From assembly GCA_977030845.1 (NCBI GenBank), contig OZ365112.1, forward strand, positions 10,168,001-10,232,000: 64,000 nucleotides of DNA, in the 5' to 3' direction. Positions within the stretch are counted from its first letter, which is position 1. Each line of letters starts with the position of its first letter. The translations under genes were made by a program, and so were the position numbers. Positions 54,230 to 64,000 of this stretch are shown here, in pieces. Source of the DNA: Fimbriosthenelais zetlandica (lineage: Eukaryota). Under the pieces are notes generated by a model that was not told the origin of the DNA, searched no databases, and saw nothing but the letters and a program-made list of their open reading frames with translations.

Positions 54230-54570
54230 TATACCATTGCATGGAATGATCCAAACATGCGATGAAAGATATATGTTTTTACAAGCCCCAAGCCTCTGGA
54301 TCTCCCCCAAGGCATTTTTAATGATACCTGATTACGGAATTCTATGCCCATGTTTGACTCCCTATGTATACAAGAAGTGGGAGGAATGTGTAAAGTCTTA
54401 GCTATGGTATACAAAACCTCCCCAAAGTAGCATATCTCAGCTAAACAAACAGGGGATGGGTACAATAGAAAGAGTCCCCATTCAAAGAAGACTGGATAAC
54501 TGTATAGACATACATCAATAAAACATGGCAATTGACGATTCCTTTGGATAATACAAGTCAAACACATACG
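54230..54570 (-). mobile_element. Decayed Ngaro-like RT fragment
   Basis: FIDVCL (FVDRCL), PVFFE (PFIFE), ICYFGEVL (IHYLDDFL), MGI (LGV), LGL (LGI). Confidence 0.45.
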
Positions 54571-56079
54571 TTAGCTGTCAATATAAGATGCTTGTAAAAT
54601 GATAATCTTTCATTGTGTAAACAAGGAGGGTACAGGATCAGGCACTAACATATCAAAGTAGGTACATTAGAGGGAGCATGGCCAGGGGATTCGGTAGACA
54701 AACTACCAATAGGCTCTGGGATTCTTATCTTCGATTGTATGGGGTTGGATAAACACCCCCCTGAGCAAAATCATATCCATATGTTAGCTGCCGAGCGCTC
54801 AATGGTAGCTGGTTTCATGGCAGCCAATATGATTAGACATTGGTGTAGCTTATTACATAGTGGCATCGTCTTCGCCCGGCCATGATGAAGGGGTGGCATC
54901 AATGGCTGCATTTTTATTAGGGTTGCTTGTGACATTTTCTTCTATCTAACACCCGATCCTGTAAAGTCATTATAGCTCGGGTTTAAAAACACAATGTGAC
55001 CAGACATGTGGGTCCCAAGATTGTGAGGAAAATTTAAAATTTAACTGGGGCTTCAATATAGAATTCCCAGTTTCTTGTGAAATTGTGACTCAAATCTACT
55101 GGTATTGCCCATCAAAATGTCTAGGTACGGATACATTTGCTATTAAGCATATTGATATCTTAATATTATTATCGGTTGGATATACCATGTGCAGTAGTGC
55201 AGTAGGAGGAATAATTCCCCCCTATTAAGTGGCAACATTGCCTTATTTTCTCGGCCATGCAGTTTTCTAATAAAACCACCAGGTCCATCTGAGGCGCTAA
55301 ATTGGCCTGATTCTCCAGCGGAACCACAACCTGCGCATGCCAGGTCAGCAGCAGTCCAAACCCGCGCAACTTCCGCTTCAATTAAGGTCTCAATACCACA
55401 AATTACCTCGCGCTAGATCAACATTTCTCATAATCTGGGAGCGCCAGAGTTGGCAAAATAATGACCCAGCTGTTGCTAGCAGGACCAAGCGAGATGATTA
55501 TTCACTGGAAGTAAACATAACATGGCGGGCAGGATGATTAAAAGGATATGTGAAAAGGACTGATGGTCGGGCATGGATGGGCTATATTTATTTATTTATC
55601 CTGCTATTTATCCTGCTTGGATACAGGATATTTCTCCCTCATTTTCACCATAACATCATATCTAGGAGATCTCGGTATTCAGTATTAGCTTGCGGTCATA
55701 TGTCTATCATTCAGGACCATTTTATACCAATTAATCCAATATACATTAGGGCCCGCATCAACCAATGAATGCGCAGAAAATTAGAAAAAAAAACAATCCC
55801 ATCCGAAGAGTTTTCCCCTAATAGAAAAAACTCAAATGTCCCTAATGCATATAAGATACTTTTGATGGAAAGAGGCAAGAGGTACTCTGGCCACCGACAT
55901 TATGCCAAGTCACACAAACTGAAGAGATGTGTTCATATTTCCCTCAAGCCTCCTTCCACCTTTCCTCCGGTAGAAGATATGTCAGCCATGATCTGACATC
56001 TCCAAAAGACAAACATACGGGTCAGATTCCCTCTCACCTCGCTCCCATCCATGGTTTTATTAAACAAATTCAAAAAATT

Positions 56080-56170
56080 CATTGATATTCCTAAAGCGTA
56101 TGCCCAAAAGATGTGTTTGGAATAGAGATGGGAACGGTTATGGAAAGCTGAGCTAACGGATGCCACCTAG
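56080..56170 (-). mobile_element. Short Ngaro-like RT fragment
   Basis: SVSSAFH (DIKSAFR), then W...LGI (W.LLGM). Confidence 0.35.
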
Positions 56171-58049
56171 ATCAAATACGAAAAGAGGGCAATGCAACGA
56201 AGAATAGCTGAAAATTATCATTGTACAGCAATTAAATTCCCTATTTAAATGCAATGAAAATACAAGCAGCAAGTTTGTGAAACATTTAGGGAATTATGAA
56301 TTTTCCAGTGAAGCAGGGTTTGATTCATGTGCTTGGTGGAAAGACATCATAATTTCTGCTTGCCTCATTGGACATAACATCACAGCATGTCACTCAAGCA
56401 TTTCCCCCTTGGCCAGAAGCACTTTTCCACGGCCAACAGTTGATGACCAGGGCGGTGTGTGGGAGCGAGGCATGCTTGAGCATGGGCCTTCTGTGTGTGG
56501 GAGAAGCAATGACTGTGCAATGCTTGACAAGCCCAAGTGATGTGTCACTATCAGAGAAAGCTACTTCCACCCAAGGGAACACATGCCAGTTTGGAGACAG
56601 AATACAAGTGCCAATATTGGGTTGGGACCTTAAGGCTTTGAGTGTGGCACGTATGAAAGGCCCTTTCCCGTGCCCACTTATTCCCCCACACGGCTTGTTG
56701 GCCCTCTCCACACATAGCCCACAAAATGCATCGATTTACCCTTGTACACAAATCAGACATATCTGTATGCATCCAACGTTGTCAAGCAAGGCGCCCAAGA
56801 AGTCACCAAAAAATGTCAAGTGCTCCATACTGAATTGTCATCCACAATTTTACATGCGCTCCTCAAATCTGAAGCATCATATGAGTGCAAATGCAATATA
56901 CTGAAGAAGAAAAATGTTCACTGGGTGCATGTAAACTTTACGATATATACATGTGAAAAAGTGAAGTTCATATATTCAATGCATGGATCATGTGAAGCAA
57001 AGTCAGTCTCAGATATACCCTATGTTCACTATGAATGCTAGATCTCCAGTTCATATTATTTATTGCTACAAGAACAATATAGTAAAAAGCTTGGGGATTC
57101 ATGCCTTTGCAGAAAGGCCATCGCCCCTTTTAAACGGGCTTGTTTGCAGGGAGTCATATGACAAGATCCGATTTTTACCAGCGTGAAAAGGCCGAGTGAA
57201 AGCAGTGTTAAAATACCATGGTATTTTTATATGGAACTATTCGAGCAATATTGAAGTGGGTAACTCAAGACCACGCTAGTTCCAATACTCTACCCAAAAA
57301 GGGGTCAAAACCGACAGACAAAATATGGATGGCTGTATGAAATGATACATACAAATACAAGACCATCACATTGAACTGTAGGCTCAGCATTTTTCATGCA
57401 CTGGCTCCATAAAATGGTATTGGATATTTTTATCCTAAAACGTGATTGGGGTATGCTCATGTAGCTGTAAGACATGATGTCGTCTGTAGTCGTATTACGG
57501 TTTAATATTGTTCCAGTAGATTAATACTTAGCTAGATACAAAGCTGCTTAGTCTTTGTAGTCTGGAGCTTAAGAATGTATTCCTGCCCCTTCATGTAGCC
57601 TTCACAAAAGCCTGTATACTGGCCACTGTGTCTCGTGATAGTGAGGACTATATTAGATGGCTTCACGATTCGCCTTGATCCAAAGAAGAAGTAAGCCGCA
57701 ATCTTATCAGGCGCGTCCACAGCCCAAGATTCCAGCACAAATGGGGGGAATAAAACACCAACTTCTGTCTAGACTCAATCCCCATACGTCCAATAAGGCT
57801 GACAAAGATATATATGGTATGAAATTTTCACATTTTTCCTCATTTCTCCCATCATATAAGGAGACTTATTGTGCCAGGATTTGATGGCGGATTTTAATAC
57901 TTTTCCATTAAATTTTATCCCAATATCTCAACTCCCAGACCTCATGAGAAATCAGCCAACTTTTCCAATCAAGCACTGTTTTAGGCGTCTTTAATATTGC
58001 TTCAAGTGTCAAATATTAATCATTGCCAGATCATCTCAGTGTCTTTATT

Positions 58050-59450
58050 GGAAATTTCTTTCCCCGCACTCATATATCGAGCAGCGTCAAAATCCATCAA
58101 GATTTCAAACATTATGGGATATAATTTAGAGTCGCCAGCATGGAGAAGTAATATCCTTTGGCTTCCCCAGTATACCATATAGAGAGACAGCCACTTTATT
58201 CCCGTGGTAATCTATGAGTTATGGACAAGTAGCATGTGTGGCCAGAGCTAAGTGTAAATACTGCACAATAAGTGGAGGTATAAACGGCAGGAGAAGTATA
58301 AAATGCTCCCCGACGGCTCTTTACTCCAGTATGGCTTCAACTGCCTCAGAGAAATTGCTCTCCCCAACAAACTGCCCAGGAGGATATTTCTATATGGCTT
58401 CCCTGACCAAATAATGGCACAGATTGTCCAGAACTTATCCTATACCCATCCCAACCCTCAGATTCTTTACCACCAGCCAATCCTTGGCTCCCATCAATTA
58501 TCACGAGAATAAAATCTGTTTTCAAGGAAATCTTTCATTGTGCATAACAGATTAATAAAAGCAGTCACAGATGCATATGCTCTGGGGTTCACATGATTGC
58601 ACAATTCATTATCTTCATGATGATTATTACATGCATCATCTTTAAATTGTTCCTTTGACTTGGGAAGCAGAACTATGCCAAACCGCCAATTTGTCTGCAC
58701 CAGTTCAGCATATAATATGTTGTCTCATATTTAGGGGGAGCACAATAATATTGTTACTGGTGTTATTATAACTAATCTCATGTAGGACCTATAGTATACT
58801 TATCTATCTCTGCTAGCTGATTTGAGCTGCCCTATACAGTATAGTTTATCTAACTGGGGGAACAGGAAATCAATGCCGAAAGTGCAAGTCATTCCCAGCA
58901 ATTGAAAGAGACAACCTTAGCCCCATGAAAAGCAAATTATCAGACTGTGGCACCGTGGAAAAAGGCACTATGATTATTTGGCTGGCGGTAGATAATTCCG
59001 GTCTAGCTATTTTCTAGAATTAACATGTATTTTTTCTCCGGTACACCAGTGGTTGTGTTTTTCTATGCTGTTTTAACGTAACAGTAATGCTAGTCTGCAG
59101 CCAAGCTGCTAGTATTATAGCAAAAAACAGCTATTTTCTCTAGGTCTAATAATATGCCTGTGAACGAAAATCCGAAGAAAGAAAAATGGAATATACCGGC
59201 ATCCAAGGATATGTCTGGGGATGCAATGGAGTAATAGAAGGTACAAGGAATGGCTGAGATCTCCCAGACAATGTACTGGGATTCCCCCCATGGCTTTTAT
59301 ATACGGGGATGAAGTGAGGGAGGAGGACATTGGAGGAATACATCAAGGATGCCGTGATAAGGAGAGTGAAAGGACCCTGCTTGTCCATGCCACTCACGTC
59401 CAGTCTCCTACAGTTATGACACGAGTGACGGGTCGGATTTCTGATATCCT
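58050..59450 (+). mobile_element. Decayed Ngaro-like RT-RNase H relic
   Basis: NLESPAWR (DIESAFR), ASEKLLSPTNC (APEKTEGPSTC, same spacing), then WSNRR, FIYGD, IHQG and VHATHV (W.NK., FHCD, INKG, FKAKHI). Confidence 0.55.
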
Positions 59451-59529
59451 TATCATGATTGACTGCTCCACTGATGGAACTAGAACAAGCTTAAAGTTCT
59501 ATTGATAAAAAAGCTGCTTACTCTCCCCC

Positions 59530-59541
59530 TGCCTCTCTATG

Positions 59542-59572
<31 letters not shown>
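59530..59572. repeat. (CT)n microsatellite
   Basis: Near-perfect (CT)n of about 15 units. Confidence 0.95.
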
Positions 59573-59575
<3 letters not shown>

Positions 59576-60194
59576 GGTTTACTGTTATGGCCTTCTCCTT
59601 TTGGACCACAAGGATGTATAGCGTTCCTATCAGAGACAGGATGGCGTTCAGAAGGGAAAATAGGAGGGCTGGCTTCTACTATATACGTAGAAAACTATAA
59701 GATGTAATCATCACCGATTTTGTGTTATAAAACACAATTTTTCTACTAGGAAAACTGGTTGCTGAAGGAATGTTCTGATATTTTGGAGACTGATGGAGAT
59801 ACAACAATACTACGACTGATATCATCAGTATCAAGTGGTTCGATATTGTGCACCTTCTTGTTTTCTGTCTTCCAACTGACATATCATTCCACAATCAAGT
59901 GTTCAAGTGTCAAGTTGTACTTCCACAACAGTAGAACAGTTTGTTCTGAGTGAGTGATTTCATGTCATTTGATGGAGTGGGTTACCATACTTGCCACTAT
60001 TTTGCCTTTATAGTAGCAGGCCTGCAAAGAAAAATGAACACTCCTGAAATAGGAAGAAATATACATATATATGTCCACGTCCCAGACTCTGGACATGACC
60101 GGAAGAACAGCAGTCTCGTTCTCTCTCACGACAGAGTGAGAACTATGACGAGACTTCACCTGCCTCTGACAGAAGCGGGCAGTATGTAATCTGG

Positions 60195-60383
60195 CATTCT
60201 GATTGGTTGAGCCAGAGAACAGCTCGCGCTGAAGCTAATCTTGCTCTCTGATTGGCCGTAAATCACAGTGCTGGCCACCCACGTGCTGTCGGCGCCTATA
60301 ATTACATTATCGGCAGACCCAGCTTTGGTAGATGAAGGCGAGAATCGTGGCTAGCTCCCCTCAGCCCTGGGGATTGCGTAAGT
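60195..60383 (+). promoter_or_regulatory. Candidate promoter and short first exon
   Basis: CTGATTGG twice (ATTGG at 60202 and 60251), CACGTG 60280, TATAATT 60297, ATG 60332 with an open frame MKARIVASSPQPWGL, donor GC|gtaagt at 60378; locally CpG-rich. Confidence 0.35.
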
Positions 60384-60949
60384 GGAACGTATGACCTACC
60401 AAAAATGCAAAGAATGCCTCGTATTATCGTGATTTCACAGCTAGATCTCACAAAAGTTCAGCTGATAATAGCAAGGCGTACCACTTATCTGAAAACTGTA
60501 TTTGCTACTTTCCGACTACTTGCTCTTGCTACCCATGCTGGGTTATCACTGATCACCTTTATGATTTAGGCCAGGTGGTGGCTTCTGTCACAAAGGATTG
60601 ACAGTGATCCTGTTGAGCTGTCAGTGTACTCCTCCTAATACACTAACATAGTATGTTGTCTGTCAGCTCAGATGATGCCCCAGCTATGTGGGGTATTCAC
60701 TGCTCCCAGGCTGAGGTGACTTTACTATACATCTATGTAGCAGATGGGGGTGTACGATGAGGAGTATTCATAGTAAGCCACTGTCAACTAAACTATCATT
60801 CTACCTTCATCAATCATCCAACTTGGCTTCAACACTCGGTTACGATCAGACAACCGTGGTATAAAATCTACTGACTAATGTTGCATTAAAAAAATAATAA
60901 CTTGCAACATGATTTTTGTGGGAAGACAGACATGACAAAAACAGACACT

Positions 60950-61010
60950 TTCCATAGGAATGTAAATCAATTTTCATAGGGAATTGAGATGTGTGAAGGG
61001 TGTGGTTGTA
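60950..61010 (-). mobile_element. Possible short RT fragment
   Basis: Single motif MKIDLHS (MAKIDIKS). Confidence 0.3.
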
Positions 61011-61215
61011 CCAACTCTCGAGTGACCCTGGGTCTGCATTTTTTCTCCTCAATACAAATAATATATAATATAAGAAAGGGAACATTGCATTTGATTGTGA
61101 TAACTCAAGCAGAAGTTCCTTTCACAAGTGGAGATTCCCAGTTGTGACTCACATTCTCAAGGGCAGCATCTGATTCGGAAAGCAAATATAAAAGTTTATT
61201 TTTTTTCTGTTTCAT

Positions 61216-62050
61216 GTGGTCCCACTAGCAGTAGCCATAGTGTATTCCAGGCATAATGTAAAGTTCAGAACTTGCCAAAATACATACTTGATATTCGGAA
61301 GGATGAGCTACTTGACCATATCCCATCAGAAATGTATACAAAGGCAAACACTCTCATGTTTGTATCCGATTAAAGTGAACATAGATGGGGTGTCTGGATT
61401 TGATATATGGAGTGCATTTCATAAAGCAAAAAATACACCGGAGCCATGCAACAGTAGGGCGCCAGTAATGCAATTTATTTTATGTTGTTACAGAGTTGAG
61501 GGTTGCAAATATAAGAGCATGATTAAATTGTACCCTGACATGACAAATGCTTAAATTGGCATATTGTATTTTGCCCTAATAGAATATTGCAAATAATGGG
61601 AATGCAAAGGTAGATACCCGTTATAAACGTTGAACATGTATATGAATATTAAATGTAAATATTTAATCACATAGTTCTATTGAAAATCGATTAAATCTAT
61701 GTAATTAAATTGAGCAGATGAACTCTGTGAAGTGGCCAGCAGAATATCCATGCAAATTGCTTTCATATATTCATAACACCTCGTAAATTCAGCTAAAAGC
61801 CAGGCCCCCTGGAGCAAGCTGGGAAACGGCTCCAAATCTCACCCTTCCTTCAACAAGACTTATGGGGGATCTACTTCAGAGGGCAAATAGCGTCAATGGC
61901 TCGGTCATCCATCGACTGGGTTATAGCCAGACATTTATAGGCGATAATACGAGCATAGACTATAAAATATCGATCTACCGAGAGGGATTCAGTCGAGGTA
62001 TAATGTACAAGCTCCCTAACATGGCCATGGGGTTTTGGTCATTATGGACC
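61216..62050 (+). mobile_element. Decayed Ngaro-like RT-RNase H relic
   Basis: PL...KFR, then 45 codons later FDIWSAFHKAKNTPE (61399-61443; IDIKSAFRLIPIHPE, same spacing); later FIGDNTS..GIM (FHCDN..IM). Confidence 0.6.
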
Positions 62051-62266
62051 ATGCTATATGCTATAAGATATTGACCGAAACCCATAATCCATACCTATTA
62101 TATTATCATAGCTCTGCACCATGGTATATATAATTATAATGTTATGGGTTATAACTGTTCATTGAATAATATGGCCAAGTCCTCAAAACATGAGAAATTT
62201 GTCATTAGAATATATCTCAATGGCACTAGCTATAGCTATTGTTAATGTGAAAAGGTACTGCACTTA

Positions 62267-63040
62267 TGGGGCCCTCACACATAGGAGAACTTGGCGCCAA
62301 GAAGTTTTATTTGACGCGAAGTGAAGTTCGCCGCGAAAATTGACGAACGCGACGGTGTGTCTGGGTTGTGCGACACCAAGGCGATGCAAGGCGACGCTAT
62401 GCGTCGTTGGGGAGACGTTAGTGCGTCCATGTTGAGAAGTCATTGAGAAGTCAATAAGAGGTTGAGAAGACGTGGCGCGTTGCCGTCGAGAGGTTACCAA
62501 GAGGCTGCCAAGACGTTGGCGACGTTGCTACGACCACACACTTCGCCTTGGTATCGCCACGAAGTGTGAGGATACTAGGACGATGCATTGCGATGCCCTG
62601 GCGACAATAACGCGAAGCTAAGGCGACGCTATCAAGAGGAGGCATCTTGTTAACCTCTTGTTAATGTCGCATCACTTCGCATTGCCTCTTGTTAACTTCG
62701 TGACAAAATTGCTGGCCAAGAAGTTGTCAAGAAGTTGTAAACAATGCTACGAATTGAGAAGATGTACTGGCGAAGTTAACGCGAACTTGGCGACGTTGCT
62801 AAGACGTCTCCAAGATGATGTTGCGAGGTTGTCGCGAAGTGAAATTGATGTCAACTTCTCCATCAGAGTGGCGATGGTTTTGAACATGTTCAAAACGTTC
62901 GCCGACGGCCAAAACTTCGCCGCGAACAGCCAAGAAGCTATGCGAAGTTAGGAGATGTTTGGGAGATGTTAATGCGAAGCTTGGCGATGATAACTTCGCC
63001 ATACTTCGCCATGTAAGTTCTCCTATGTGTGAGGGCCCCA
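62267..63040. mobile_element. Intact non-autonomous DNA transposon (MITE), PIF/Harbinger or ISL2EU type
   Basis: Perfect 26 bp TIR TGGGGCCCTCACACATAGGAGAACTT at both ends with TTA on both sides (62264-62266, 63041-63043). An alternative reading is an AT TSD with a GGGG-start TIR. Internally CpG-rich, with repeated AACTTCGCC/GCGAAGT and GGCGACGTTGCTA motifs and the palindrome GTTTTGAACATGTTCAAAAC (62877-62896). No transposase ORF. Confidence 0.9.
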
Positions 63041-63299
63041 TTAGGCTGTATAGGTACACAGCTTCCTTCAGCATTGTGCCAAATGTTCCCAGTAATTGCA
63101 CTCATCATGTCAAATTAGTGTTCCACTAGAATACATATCATAAAAAGTATCTCCTGAAAAAACTGATGCTAGGGGTTCCAATGCTGTAAAGGCTACAGTG
63201 AAATTTAGACAAAGTAGAGAATGATACAGTGACTTATGTGAGCTACTGTATATATAGCAGAGGTAAATATTGTGAGGAGCATTATAAGGGAGGATATAA

Positions 63300-63420
63300 A
63301 CCGGAGCCTTAATTAAGGTCTTATTACTGGTCATTCCATCCAGTCTGATCAGGTTGATTGGAGGTGATGTAACCCCCATATATACCATAATGCCAGCCTT
63401 GTTTAAATCATTGATCAGTT
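63300..63420 (-). mobile_element. Possible short RT fragment
   Basis: ELINDLNKAGIM (ELIKKLGRGALM); single motif. Confidence 0.3.
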
Positions 63421-64000
63421 CCACAGTCCATACAAATAATCCATACATGTGAATTAAATACTCCCATGTGTCTTCTAGGCAAACACTGCAGGCAATATGG
63501 ATGTTTGAACCCAAAGCAGCAGGTCGTAATTTAACAGCTTGGTGTTTAAAATTATGAGACCCCTATTTATATTTGTTTGGATGGATGCATAATAATGATC
63601 ATTCAGTTTGGACCACAAACAGCAATTAGACAATTTGGTGGTGCATATTACTCTTTAAAATGAGTTATTGTATCATTCTCATTGTCATTCAGTCTATCAA
63701 TGCTGTCCTTTGTGAACATGGGTTTTGCTGCCTGAAAATAGCTGGGTCTCTATTGGATTTGTGGCTTTTGGGAGGCTCTTTGCCTAAAGGCATTATAAGA
63801 CAAGGCAGCGCCCGATCCTATGCACAATAGGCTTAGTGGGACCCATCCTTCAGATCCTCTATCCCATAGAGCTGTGTAAAATCCATACCTTCATGCATGA
63901 TATTGGATGCAATGGTATATGGCATATACTAACAACGAATAAATGTATTGGACATCAATGATATAATTATTAAGGAGGTGGGGGAGTAACTGTTGTTGGA

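Noticed and set aside
56368-56904. Longest ORF (178 aa), with RMKGPF resembling the RT N-terminal motif
   Set aside because: No host domain recognised; a single short motif with wrong downstream spacing is about chance level in six frames of 64 kb.
1-64000. CRISPR arrays, operons, rRNA/tRNA, telomeric arrays
   Set aside because: No regularly spaced repeat-spacer structure, long prokaryotic ORFs or RNA gene signatures; the sequence is eukaryotic non-coding.

Overview
This is eukaryotic (metazoan-like) non-coding DNA: AT-rich, visibly CpG-poor, with many microsatellites and long purine/pyrimidine tracts. I recognise no host protein-coding gene, RNA gene, CRISPR array or prokaryotic feature, so it reads as a large intron or gene desert. 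The dominant hidden structure is a dense set of very old, decayed fragments of tyrosine-recombinase (YR) retrotransposons (DIRS order, Ngaro-like). About 25-30 fragments on both strands keep reverse transcriptase (RT) and RNase H motifs in the correct order despite stops, frameshifts and deletions, and one fragment also keeps YR motifs. I made these matches by eye against an Ngaro-type RT-RNase H-YR pattern recalled from memory, not against a database. Multi-motif collinear hits are reasonably solid; single-motif hits are near chance and need HMM confirmation. Other features are one young, intact 774 bp TIR element (PIF/Harbinger or ISL2EU MITE), two degraded MITE candidates, a candidate 42 bp microexon, a candidate promoter/first exon, and several CpG-rich or TF-motif-dense patches (ETS/NRF1/RFX, NF-kB, NF-Y). 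Relic boundaries are approximate.
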